DNA from: Malacoraja senta
Lineage: Eukaryota
Length of the DNA stretch: 64,000 bases
Direction: 5' to 3'
NCBI GenBank assembly: GCA_038087875.1
Contig: CM075997.1
Span: forward strand, 1,614,001 to 1,678,000
Part shown: piece by piece, positions 1 to 12,289 of the stretch
Layout: every line of letters starts with the position of its first letter
Position numbering within the stretch: the first letter of the stretch is position 1
Translations under genes and position numbers: made by a program
Notes under the pieces: generated by a model
The model's input: the letters and a program-made list of their open reading frames with translations, nothing else
Database searches by the model: none
Told to the model about the DNA's origin: nothing

Positions 1-195
1 CTAACACTATTCTACACACACCAGGGACAATTTACAAATTTTACCGAAGCCAAATAACCTACAAACCTGTGTGTTTTTGGAGTATGGGAGGAAACCGGAG
101 CACCCAGAGAAAACGTATGCAGGTCACGGGGAGAACGTGCAAACTCCATACAGACAGCATCCATTGCCAGGATAGAACCAGGGTCTCTGGCGCCT
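1..195 (-). mobile_element. HE1-type tRNA-derived V-SINE (partial)
   Basis: Reverse complement of the SINE body (tccggtttcctcccat...ggttatttggcttcggtaaaatttgtaaattgtccctgg) seen in the other copies. Confidence 0.8.
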
Positions 196-1918
196 AACCA
201 GGTTCTAAACCCCCCAAAAATGGTTTTAAATGTTTCAAAATTGTGATATTGAAGTTTTAATCTTGTGCTTTTTTTCAACGCTTATTATTGGCGTTGGGCA
301 TAAAATTGGTTCCTTTTGAAAGATGTAGTTTGAGAAATTAAGAACAAAATGTACAAACATACATTCAATTCCATTGGTAAAAGGAAAACATGAGTGAACA
401 TCTCAGTCGCAGGCTTTTTAAAATAGAAACATGCCTCCCAATCAAGTCAAATCAACTAATGAATATGGCTAATATTTTTTCTTTAAATTATTTTCCAGAA
501 TTTTTATCAATTTTTATTTTCAATTTCATTAGTAGTTTTATTTTTAGCAGTACAGTAATTGTCACATGTCGGGCGAGGATTTTGAGCTACACAATGTTAG
601 TTACATCTCTGTCTTTGTTGTTGCGGCAGAAACAATTTGAAGCGATAAATTAAGAATGTGACACAAGAAGGAAATTGGTTTTAAGTGCAATTTTTCATCC
701 ACTAAGTAACCCCAGAGAGAATACTTGACTACACGCAGCCTAGCTCTGAAAGGCTGCCAATTTTCACTGAATTGTATTTTTTTCCACTTGGTGTGAAGCA
801 TGCTCGCTTGTAATGTGCTATTTTACACAGCCACGATGGACATCCTAAGTATAACGGGTTTTTTTTTAAAGGAGGGGGTTTCTCTAGCTTCATAAATGGA
901 CATGCAAAGTGTGCATGTGTTCACCCATATTACCAAGTTCCATTGGTGTGTATGTACATGCTCTAAAACCTAAATGTATTTTAACTTAATTCTGGTCTAT
1001 TCTTCTGTCCTTAACCGAATTAGATGGAATGTGCCTAGCATGAATTTTTTTTCTTGCTTCCTTTTACAAGAAAGAATACTGCACATAATATCTTTCCCTC
1101 CTTGAATTAAGCTGCAGAACAGCAGCCTTTGTGGAGAATTTGGATTTATTTTTGCCTATCTGTGCCTGTTTTTTGTCGTTGTGGATAGCTTCAGTTGTAA
1201 TATCAAGTTATTCCATCCATGGAATAAGAGTAAGTGCAATTCCCCTGTTACTGAATAGACGCTGTAGTTAGGAATAATTTATAATGTATACAGGGAGAGA
1301 GCACTTGCATGGCATAATTGAGTTCTTTATATTGATCCATGAAACTATTAATGCTACTCTGATGTAATTTTTTTTTCTGTGCAGCAGGGACAATGGCTTT
1401 GAAATTAGTTTTTTACAAATAGCCTCCCATTGTCAGCATTGGTGTTTAGTCTTATGCTAATGAGGCCCACAGGATTAATCTGATCATAATTAGCCTGTCC
1501 AACTGAAATGTTTAAATGTTAAATGAACTCTATAATTCTACTTGATTGCTGCTATGTGGAATTAATTTCTCTGGAAAGTTTAATTTTGACATTTCATTGT
1601 CCCTAGATTGACTGGTAATTAAAACTGTTACTATTATAAGACATTTATGCAAAGATATTTTGGGTTTGTTTCCAAATTGTGCTGAGTAAGTTATCTCTCC
1701 TGTGCAGCTTAAACACTTAACATTAGCTCCATGTTATTTACATATATCTTTTAACAACAACTTAGTCCGGTCTGGCCTGTTCTGTAATACTATAGCAGGG
1801 AGGAAAGAATTGATCTTGGTAAAGGGAAGATAAGTTATATATAACAAGGAATTGTCATTTTGGTTTTTTTTGTACCATTAACATAGAATAGAAGAATGTC
1901 CACCCCAGATCCAACTTG

Positions 1919-2022
1919 TCTAATGGAGCGTAGACACAAAATGCTGGAGTAACTCAGCGGGTGAGGCAGCATCTCGGGAGAGAAGGAACGGGCGACGTTT
2001 CGGGACGAGACTCTAATGGAGC
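1919..2022 (-). mobile_element. Penelope-pLTR-derived short element, truncated within the hammerhead motif
   Basis: acacaaaatgctggagtaactcagcggg...gacgtttcggg, flanked by the 11-bp duplication tctaatggagc (1919-1929, 2012-2022). Confidence 0.8.
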
Positions 2023-2525
2023 CATGGACAGGATATTTTAAATTATTACTGTCTTGACTCGGAGGCCATGTGTGGTTGCCAAAATTTTAGTTTGTAATGC
2101 TTTATAGGCTTTTAAGGTAAGATTTCAATGTGAGGGGAAAATATTGAAACTGATGGTGTCAATAAAATCTTTGTTCTTAGCTGTAAAAATACTTTAACTG
2201 CCTTGAATAATCTTGACAAGTGGAGGGATTATTGCTATTCCTATTTAATTTGACTCGATGTCACAAAATGTTAGATTGTTATGAAGATTTTTAATTGCTG
2301 TTATGGCACAACCTCAGGATAGATTTAGTGATCATAATTTAAATATCAAGATGTTTTAAGATTTTGTTAAATTCTCCATTAAGACTTCTATCCAGTTATT
2401 ACATGGTCAGGGTAATAATGTGAGGCTTGTCATATCTTTGCTATGGAAGCCATAACAAGTCTGAGGACATGTATGTGAATGCACAAATCAAAAATAAATT
2501 GCTTTGGATGTCGTCAAACCCATTA

Positions 2526-3226
2526 AGGGTCTGTCCCACCTTATTGGCGAGTTTAGGAGACTCTGCACTCGCAGCATGGTCGTAGGTGGTCTCTGGTAAG
2601 TCTCCTTCATGGTCGAGAGGAGTTCCCGCATAATGGTTACTACTCGTGGCCTCGGTTTGGTTGCGGAAAATCTTTCAACATGTTGAAAAATTTTCTGTGA
2701 CAAAACATTGGTCGGCATGGAGAAAATCAACAGTTTTGAAGTCGTAGTGCAGTGGTAGTGGGGTCGCCATGTCGTTGTAGGTAGTCGAGGTAGCCGTAGT
2801 TTGCTGACCGGGCATTTTAATTGGCTCATTGGGGGGAAAAAAGTAAGCGCGAGTTTTCAGAACCAAGGAAAACCGACCGATAATGTTAAACTTCACAGCT
2901 GTGTATCTCTGACTTATTAAAAGTTGTCTGGCTTCTTAAAAGTGTTTCCACTCCTTCTTCCCCCCTTTTCTCCCCTCCCCCGGCTCTTTTAAAGGACTTA
3001 CCGTACACCGTGCTAGCCATCTTTAACCTTCCTGCTCATCACGGGTATCACCTTGGCTTTGCATCATGTGAATTTCATACAGCGCTCCCCCGCTTTCCCT
3101 GGCCCCCGCCTTTGCGATGTGTTTGTGTGTGTGTTCCGCGCTGACGGTCGTTCCAGCTCGTTGTTTTTCTGGCGAGTGCCCCGAGCAGACAGTTTGCTGA
3201 AAAGTCGCATAAGTGGGACAGGCCCT
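2526..3226. mobile_element. Non-autonomous PIF/Harbinger-like DNA transposon
   Basis: TIRs agggtctgtcccac... / ...gtgggacaggccct, with TTA on both flanks (2523-2525, 3227-3229). No transposase ORF. Confidence 0.8.
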
Positions 3227-5188
3227 TTAGTGATGGCGGGATATATTTCAAGAGAACTACAATTCAAAGCCAGAAAACTTGTATCAAAGTAGTGTGGGAC
3301 ATTTCATTGGTCTATTCTATACTGAAAACAAAATTGAACTGAAATAAATTCTTTAAATTTGTGCAATATGCTGTATTTTGCCTTTACAATGTTGCCAGGT
3401 TTATTAAAGAAGAACTGGATAGCTGACAGGGAAGCTGAGCTGTGTCAGAAGAATTGGTTGGTGCTATGTAACTAGGATTAATTGCTTTGGAGTACTTTGG
3501 GAGCCTTGCTAGATAATGATAGAGAAATTGGAAGGCTAATTGAGCAGAGAAACAGGACATTCAGCCCATCAAATTTGTAATAGATCCTTTGTACTCTGTA
3601 TTTTGCAGTGTATTCTCCTGTTGTGACCTTGCAGCTGTTCATTCTTGTTGCCATCCTTATAACTACCATTAGCATAGATAAAATATAGAAGATTTAAACG
3701 AGGACCGAAATTGGATACAAATTTAATTAAAGGTTTAGCATTCAGATCATAATCCAGAAACAAATTTACTATGCATTAATAAAAATATCAATAACATTTC
3801 TGTGCATTTATCAAGAAAAAACATTTGAAAGTTAAGGCAAGATATGGACAGTTTCATCTTCAGCTTGTTTTTTTTATTTTCCAGCATGAAAGTTACTATT
3901 ATGGATGGAAGATAATTGACCAGAAGTGATAACGAGCCAACCTTGTCCACAAATTGAGAGTAAAGGTAAGAATTTTGTGCTGTTTCTGGAATTCTATACT
4001 GGCAGATGTATGTTATGTTAGGCTATTAATGTGCCCAATTGGCTCAGTAAGATTACATGTGATACTAAAACATTATTATTCTGTACCTCAGAAAAATGAT
4101 GCATATGGTCATCGTTCAAATTTCATATAAACTTGCAACCGTGCTGGTCCCAAAAGTGGATCTGCATCCACTCGGTACACACTGCATACTTTTTAAAATC
4201 TCTACTCCAGCACCAGCATTTATTTCTCTATTTCGACACTGCGAACGGCTTAATTATAATCGTGCATCATCTTTTCGCTGATTGGATAGCACGCAACCAA
4301 AAAGCTATTGATTGTACCTTGGTGCACAATAATAATAAATTAAACTAAACTAAACTAAAATTAATAGATTCAATTAATGAGGGCTATTATGCAGAAGACC
4401 AAAGGGGCACATTAAAGCAGTGAAATTTGCTGAGACCCGATAAAAGAGAATGCTAGAAATGCCTAGTAGATCTGACAGTGCCTGTGACCATTTCTGAGAA
4501 CAGAAATGTTGTCTGAAATGATTGAATTTTATATCAAATCCTGAAGTTTGTAATGTGTGAGAATTGGTTGCAAAATTAGTGAGCATCAACTGGAAGCTGG
4601 GTCTTTCTTGTTGACTAAATAGAGGTACGCTTTAAAACAGCTGCCCAAATCTGCATTTGGTTTCTCCGGTGTGGAGATCACTACATCTCAAGCACCTAAT
4701 GAAATATATGTTGGAAGAAACATGAATGGATTGCTGCTTCACCTTAAAAGACTGCTTTTGTTGCATGCATTGGGAGAAACCAAATGCCATGTCTCACCAT
4801 TATCAAAGGTGTTCCCTTTGTCCTATCTGTTCTTTCCCGACCCTCTACTCTCTCAAACTTAAAATTAATTTGTTTTCTTACTTTTGCCGTTCAGATGAAG
4901 CATCCTTGACCTGAAGCATTTGCTCTGCTTCGCTATCCTGATCTGTTCAGTGTTGCTGGCCTTTTTTATTTTCGTACCTCATTGGTAAAATTGTGAGCAT
5001 AATAATTGCTCTTCAAAATTACCCTTTAATCTTCTGCAATAACTCATCGGCTTTAATTGCCGCCATGAATGCAAATTTGAAAAGTCATCACTGTCATGTA
5101 TCTTTTTAATAAATTCAGTTCGATGCATTGTACACTTAGTCTCCATTGCAATTCTATTCTAATGTTCCTTTGTCTTTTTATTTTGCAG

Positions 5189-5379
5189 GGTATTATTGGG
5201 ACCATCTATTTTTCACTGTTTGAAAGGATCATAATACTGGGGACCACGGAAATATGGGATCTGAATCTCATGTTGCTAAAGGCGTGTGTCTGTAACTCTG
5301 CGCTCTTCAGATTGCCAGGAGATCTACAGTGGTACTGTACTGCGCGTAGGTACAACTACTAACGTATCAGGATGATTGG
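5189..5379 (+). other. ARHGAP35: 5' UTR portion of the giant ARHGAP35 exon
   Basis: Polypyrimidine tract and acceptor tgtctttttattttgcag| end at 5188, 191 nt upstream of the ATG. Confidence 0.8.
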
Positions 5380-8300
5380 ATGATTATGATGGCCAAAAAA
5401 CAGGATGTTCGGATCCCAAATTACAACATCAGTGTCGTGGGATTATCCGGGACAGAAAAGGAGAAGGGCCAGTGTGGAGTCGGGAAATCCTGTTTCTGCA
5501 ATAGGTTTGTGCGCCCCAAAGCTGACGAATTTCACCTTGACCACACATCTGTCCTTAGCACCAGTGACTTTGGGGGCCGTGTTGTCAACAATGACCATTT
5601 CTTGTACTGGGGTGAGGTTGGTCGAACGGTCGAGGAAGGAGTGGAGTGTCGACTTCACGTGGTGGAACAAACTGAGTTCATCGATGATCAGACTTTTCAG
5701 CCTCACCGGAGCACTGCCCTGCAACCCTATATTAAACGTGCTGCAGCGACCAAATTGGCATCTGCTGAAAAGCTGATGTATATTTGCACTGACCAATTGG
5801 GTCTGGAACAAGACTTTGAACAGAAGCAGATGCCAGAGGGCAAGCTATTGATCGATGGTTTCCTTCTTTGCATAGATGTCAGCCGGGGCATGAATAGAAA
5901 TTTTGAGGACCAGCTTAAATTTATCACAAACTTGTATAACCAAATAATAAAAACAAAAAAACCCATTGTGGTGGTGCTGACAAAATGCGATGAAGGTGTG
6001 GAGCGGTACATACGTGAAGCTCACTCTTTTGCAATGACTAAAAAGAATCTCCAAGTGGTGGAGACATCAGCCCGATCGAACGTCAATGTGGAACTGGCCT
6101 TCACTACTTTAGTTCAGCTAATAGATAAAAGCCGTTCAAGGCCCAAAATAATTCCATATTATGAAGCATTGAAACAACAAAGTCAGCTCATAGCGAATGC
6201 AAAAGACAAGTATGAATATATCATCAGCCAGTGTGTCATCCACTATAATGAAAGTTGGGCGAACGCCGCAAGGAAAATTAATACAAAATCTGAATTCCAG
6301 GAGTATGTGCATCTCGAAGGAACTCCGAAGGCCAAAAAGTTGTTCTTGCAGCATGTTTTGATGCTGAAGGAGAGGCACATTGACCACTTAAAGAACAAGT
6401 ACCTCAATAGACTTGTACTAGCTCTTGATGCCCTATTCCCCGATCTGAATGAGATTGAGAACTTGAACTGGTCTGTGGCACAGCAGAGGTTGAAAACCAA
6501 GCATGAATTTCCAGCTTGGTTTGTTGTCCTGAGTGAGACGCCATGGGATAAAACTGATCATATTGACAAGATCGATGACAACCGAATTCCATTTGACTTG
6601 CTGGTTGGGAAATGTGCAGAAGATCAATTCAAAAAGCATTTGGAAAAGTTGAAGAATGAAAGAAAAAGAGACGAGATGAGGAGGGCTTTTAAGGAAAATC
6701 TATCATCGTCACCCTTCATAACTCCTGGAAAACCTTGGGAAGAGGCTAGAAGTTTTGTTATGAATGAGGAATTCTATCAATGGCTCCAAGAGCAAGAATA
6801 TCAAGATATTTACAGTAGACACCAACGTGAGATAATAGATAAAGCCAAGGATCAATTTCAAGAATTGCTTTTAGAGTATTCCGAGTTATTTTATGAATTG
6901 GAGTTGGATGCAAAGCCGAGTAAGGAGAAAATGGGTCTTATCCAGGATGTTTTAGGAGATGAGCAACGATTTAAGGCACTTCAGAAATTGCAAGCTGAAC
7001 GAGATGCTCTTGTGTTAAAACACATTCATTTTGTCTATCATCCAACAAAGGAGACCTGCCCAAACAGTCAGAATTGCATTGATAGCAAAGTTGAACAGTT
7101 GTTGGCTGCTAAATTTTATCGATTTTCAGACCGAAGTCATCTGAACTCTCATTCGGACTCTAATGCTGACAAACTCAATCTTGTACTACTTGGCAAGGAT
7201 GGGCTTGCACATGAACTGGCTAATGAAATTCGAGTGCTGTGTACCGATGATAAATACGTTCTTGAGGGAAAAATGTATGAGCTGTCGTTACGACCAATAG
7301 AAGGCAATGTGAAACATCGGGTTAATTCTTTTCAGACCCCAACCTTTCAACCTCATGGTTGCCTTTGCTTGTACAACTCCAAAGAATCGCTGTACTACAT
7401 AAGGGAGAGCTTAGAGAAACTGAAAGAATCAACTTTAGATCGAAGGGACAATCATTTAGCCCAGCTGCCTCTAACTCTAGTTCTGGCTTACAAAAGGGAG
7501 AGTGGCGGAGAAACTCTACAGACTTTGAGAAACCATGGACAACAACTTGCCAACAAATTGCAATGTCTATTTGTTGATGTAACTTCTCACAGTGTGAGTT
7601 CTGGACGGAATTTCAGTGAACTGCAAATCAATCAGGCTTTGAAAGGCTTGTTGGATACCATGAAACGCAATTTGAATCTAGTAAGTTTATCCCCAAGCAT
7701 TAAAGACTTAACCGATGCAGATCTTCGAATAGTAATGTGTTTAATGTGTGGTGACATGTTTGGTGTGGATGAAGTTCTCCTCTCCATTATTCAGCCTCAT
7801 TTTTGTAGTTCATTGCACCCTGGGAACAGCAATTCAGTCATGCTTGAACTGGCAATTGGAGCAATGCGTAAGCGCATAGAGCTATCTATTCTCTCCTATC
7901 ATTCCTCTTTCAACATAAGGAAAAACCAGTTAGTCCATGGGTACATTATTTTTTACTTGGCAAGGCGCAAAGCTTCCTTAGCTATGCTCCGAGCTTTTCT
8001 GTCGGATGTGCAGGACATTATCCCTATTCAGTTGGTAGCGGTCAATGATGGAGCCGAAGTATCGGAGAGCGATGTGACACGAGACCAGCTTGATGAAGGC
8101 CAGGAAATTGCTCAAGAGATCTGTGGCAAGTTTGTTAAAATAGCCGGTGGGCAGTCGGTTCAGCATAATGTGGACATTTTTGCCCCATTTTTCCGAGATG
8201 CAGCTGAAAAGAAAATCATTGTTGAAGCTTCGCACATGTATGATAATGCAGCTGAAGCATGCAGCAATACAGAAGACGTGTTTGGCTTTTCGCCTCGGCC

Positions 8301-9093
8301 CAGCTCGCCCCTCAACAATTCAAATTGCTTTGATTACGATGAGGATATTGAAGGTCCACCACCTTATGTTGCACTACGTGATGAAACTTCCGCGATTCCA
8401 GCGATTAAAGACTCTAAGCTCTCAATGGACCTTGAAGGGAACGAGAACTACTTGCAAAGCTGCAGTCTTGGTTCTTTTGAGAGGCTGACTAACAAAGTAC
8501 CTCCTCCAGTAAAACCAAAGCCAATGGTACATTTCGACAAACTGATGAAGAAAATGGATTCCTCTGAGGGGAAAGAGTCAGGTAGCAAAGAAATGCAGAG
8601 AAAGCCTTCAACTGTAAGCTGGGCGCCTTCTGATGATGGGTCCTTTACCTCCGATTATGCAGAACCAATAGACACGTTGGTAAGACCAAGAGGGGATGAG
8701 GAGAATATCTATTCAGTGCCACATGACAGTACCCAGGGCAAGATTATAACCATCCGGAATTCTATTTCTGCCAAGTCACAATCGAATGGAAGTGGTAATG
8801 GGTCTGATAGCGAGATGGATATCAGTTCCCTGGAGCGTCAGAGGAAACTTTCATCTGTCAGCAAACCATCATTGTACAGGGATCGGTCTAAAAAGTTAGG
8901 CAGGTTTGCAAGTTATCGCACAAGTTTCAGTGTTGGAAGTGATGATGAACTAGGCTCCTTGTCATCACAGAAGAAAGCAGAAGCTGATTCTCAATTGCCC
9001 AAGGGAGATCATACAACTAATACTTATGAAACGGACGGAGATGAATCAAAGCGAGTGAAACTCCTACGTAGCTTGAGAAGGCCAACATCAAGG
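5380..9093 (+). CDS. ARHGAP35: p190A RhoGAP (ARHGAP35/GRLF1), giant first coding exon, 1238 codons: N-terminal GTPase, FF domains, pG1/pG2 pseudoGTPases, RasGAP-binding tyrosine region, start of polybasic region
   Basis: The ORF begins [37 protein letters not shown], the p190A-type N-terminus (p190B/ARHGAP5 differs here). It contains SDYAEP and [10 protein letters not shown] (counterparts of the Y1087/Y1105 motifs) and [10 protein letters not shown] phase-0 donor AGG|GTAAGA lies at 9093/9094; the ORF-track extension to 9150 is intronic read-through. Confidence 0.97.
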
Positions 9094-9229
9094 GTAAGAT
9101 TTGTTCCTTTACTGAATTATTTCCAATCATTTGTTTGTCAAAGTATCTAGACTAGCCCCTTTGTGTTTAAGGCAGAGGGAGAGAATTGGATAAAGCTGTT
9201 ATCAATTTTTTTCTTTCTTTAATAATCAG

Positions 9230-10950
9230 AGCCAGATTATTCCCAGGGTTGGATGAGATCTATTAGAGGATACTGCGGGAAGTAAGGGAGGAGATAGCTG
9301 AGTCTCCGGAGTTTTTTGTTATCCACAGGAGAGATGCCGGAAGACTGCAGAATACCAAACGTTCCTTGAAGAATGGTAGTGAGTAATGAGCCAGAGGTTG
9401 CTGAACCTTAGCTCAGTGGTAGGGAAATGAGTGGGGGAAATCCTAGGGAAGGATAGGGTATATGCACAATTGGAAACTTAGAAGCTGATCAGGAATAGTC
9501 AGCATAGATTTGTGTGGGGAAATGTTACAGAGAATGATTGAGAGACGGTTTGTTTTCCCTGGAGAAAAGGAGGCTGAAAGAGATACATAAAATTGCATAC
9601 GATATAGAATAGGATAATTGGACAGAAATGTTTTTATGGTAGTGGTATCAAAAACAATTGGACGTATGTTTAAGGTGCACGGAAGAAGTTTTAAAGGAAA
9701 TTGAAGAAAATATTGCAACATGGATGACTCTAATATGGGTAGTATTATAAATGGTGAAGATGGCTGCAGGCTCATGATCAGTTGGGCAAGTGGGTGGGGG
9801 AATGGTTAATGGAGTTTAATGCGGATAAGTGCAAGGTGTTGTATTTTGGCAAGTCAGGCCCTTCACAGTGAATGGACATGTTGGAGAGCAGAGGGATTTG
9901 GGTGTGCAAGTGCATGGTTCTTTGTCAGTGGTGTTACAGAGTCACACATAGAATGAGTGGTCGAGAAGGCTTTCGCCACAAGATGTTAGTGAGGCTGCAT
10001 TTGGAGTATTATGTTCAGTTTTGGCCATCTGTTAGAGGAAGGATGTTACTAAGCTGGGAAGAGTAAAGAAGAGATATGAGGATATTGCCAGGACTCTAGG
10101 GCCTGAGTTGCAGGGTGAGGGTAAGCAGGCTAGGACATTATCCTTGGAGTGCAGGAGGGTGAGGAGTGATGTTGTAAAGGAATCAATGAATGAATACGTT
10201 TTTTTTGTGTTTAAAAAAATATATATATTTATTAGTACATGACATTACAATCAATTACATTAGTACTCATCACGTATATCTTATTACAATTAATGTACTC
10301 CGTCATTTTTTACAATGATAAAGAGGAAAAGTTGAGATTAAGGAAAAAAAAAGAAAAAAGAGAAAGTGCAGGAAAATAGTGAAGGTGTAAAAACGTGACA
10401 GCAAGAAAGAACAGAGACCCTGTAGAAAAGAAATTAAAAAGAAAGGATTAAGAGATAGACCCTAAAGAAGAAAAAAAAGAGATAGAGGAAAAAAGAGAAA
10501 AACAAATACTTTATGAATGAATAAGTTTATTGGCCAAGTATTCACATACAATGAATTTGCCTTGGTGCTCCGCCCGCAAGTGACAACATGACACCAAGTA
10601 TATAAGAAAAATAATGAGGAGGAATAGATAGAGTGAATGCAATCTTTTATCCAGAGTAGGGAAATCAAGAACCTGAGGACATAGGTCTAAGGTGAGAGTT
10701 GAAAGATTTGTTAGGAATCTGAGGGGCAACCTTTACACATGGAGGATGGTGGGTGTATGGACTGAGCTGCCAGAGGAGGTAGTGAGGCAGGTACTATAAT
10801 ATTTAAAAGACATTTGGACAGGCACATGGATAGGAAATGTTTAGAGGGATATGGCCAAACATGTGCAGGTGGGACTTGTTGCAGATGGGGCATCATGATC
10901 AGTTGGGCCAAAGGGCCTGTTTCCGTGCTGTATTCTACATGATTCTACAT
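9230..10950 (+). mobile_element. Degenerate CR1/HER1-like LINE fragments, interrupted by a nested insertion at about 10180-10620
   Basis: Remnant peptide LVRLHLEYYVQFWP; 3' tail gggccaaagggcctgtttccgtgctgta at about 10905-10932. Confidence 0.75.
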
Positions 10951-11659
10951 GGAATGGTTAATACCTGAAACACTGCCAGAGGAGGTGGTGGAATCGGATG
11001 CCATCACTGTTTAATAAAATTTTATACAGCCAGCCACTCTAACAGGAAAGTATCGAAGGTTGTTATTCTAATGCAGACAAGTGGGACTAGTGTAGATAGG
11101 TAAAAAGATTGGCTTGTACATGGTGGGATGAAGAGCCTGAATCCGGTTATAACACTTTGGCCGTGTACTCTTTCCTATAATGTGGTTAGTTTTTTTGTGA
11201 TTTCATTATTGTTTTAAAATTCCACCACAGTTCTAAATGCACTATTACATTTTACATTTCCTTGGTACTCTCCATTGAACCAGAAGAGATTCTCACATGT
11301 TTCATAAATAGCATTCCTCAAAACCGGTTCTGTATGTACCTGCAGAATTTCAAACTGCATAGTTCAAATCCGTCTCGCTGTTGGTAGAGTAATTTGAGCC
11401 GATTGGTTGAGTATCACTCTCGAAAAATATGAGGAAAGCAAGATTATCAACTTGCGCTGTTTCTCGTGCAATGTGTTGGTACAACAAGCTCACCACACTA
11501 ACTCTCACCTATCAGCAATATCCCAACACTTCATATTGGCAATGATAAGTAAACCATGGACACTTGGCCAAAGGGAAAAAAAGTGGCTCAGGACTAAGTT
11601 CTGTCAAAGCAATTTAGTTTTCAATGCGATTATAGCCTTGGCATTGAAAACTATTCAGA

Positions 11660-11940
11660 CTATTCAGAGATACAGTGCTGAAACAGGGACTTCAGCCCAC
11701 TGAGTCTGTACTAACCCATGATCACCCTGTACACTAGCACTGTCCTACACATTAGGGGCAAGTTACAAATTTTATCAATGCAAATTAACCTACCAACCTG
11801 TACGTCTTTTGAGTGGGAGGAAACCGGAGCACCGTCACATGGTCACAGGGAGAATGTATAAACTCCATTCAGACAACACCCGTAGTCGGGATCAAACCCA
11901 GGTCTCTGGTGCTGTAATGGAGCGCTTATGTACCGCCGCT
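11660..11940 (-). mobile_element. HE1-type SINE
   Basis: Same body and CR1-like tail as the other copies, in reverse orientation. Confidence 0.8.
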
Positions 11941-12289
11941 TAGAATGTTAAATGATTAAATGGTTCAAGGAATTTGCCTTTGTCCTGGTCTGGAACTTGC
12001 GAGCTCTAGTAAAAGTGATTGTAAGTTTCTGAACAGCTGATGTTTCTCAGCAGGTTCTAGCCCCAAAGAGCATTGTGTGCAATTGGAAGATGAGGTGCTG
12101 CTTCTCAAGCAAACATATACGCTGTGATGGGTGACTCGTGCTCTGTGTATTTTTTAAGTAGGGCTTTAAAGGATGGGTGATCTATAGAGATAATTGTTGC
12201 GATCTTCCATGGAATGGGCATAGTTACCCATGAAAAGCCCACTAACGGAGACTCTGCCCATTAACTGAGACTAACGGAGAAACCGAAGG

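Noticed and set aside
1060..3970. Possible extra non-coding exons (donor-like GTAAG at about 1230, 2116, 3965)
   Set aside because: Isolated splice-like motifs without transcript evidence.
5405..8488. Alternative-frame and antisense ORFs within the giant exon
   Set aside because: Short, with no recognisable homology; expected by chance within a long CDS.
5380..9093. ARHGAP5 (p190B) or an intronless retrocopy
   Set aside because: The N-terminus and the [12 protein letters not shown] exon are p190A-type, and downstream spliced exons are present.
9094..9150. ORF-track extension [18 protein letters not shown] as the protein C-terminus
   Set aside because: It follows a strong GTAAGA donor and the protein continues in phase at 31160; no nearby AATAAA supports an intronic poly(A) isoform.
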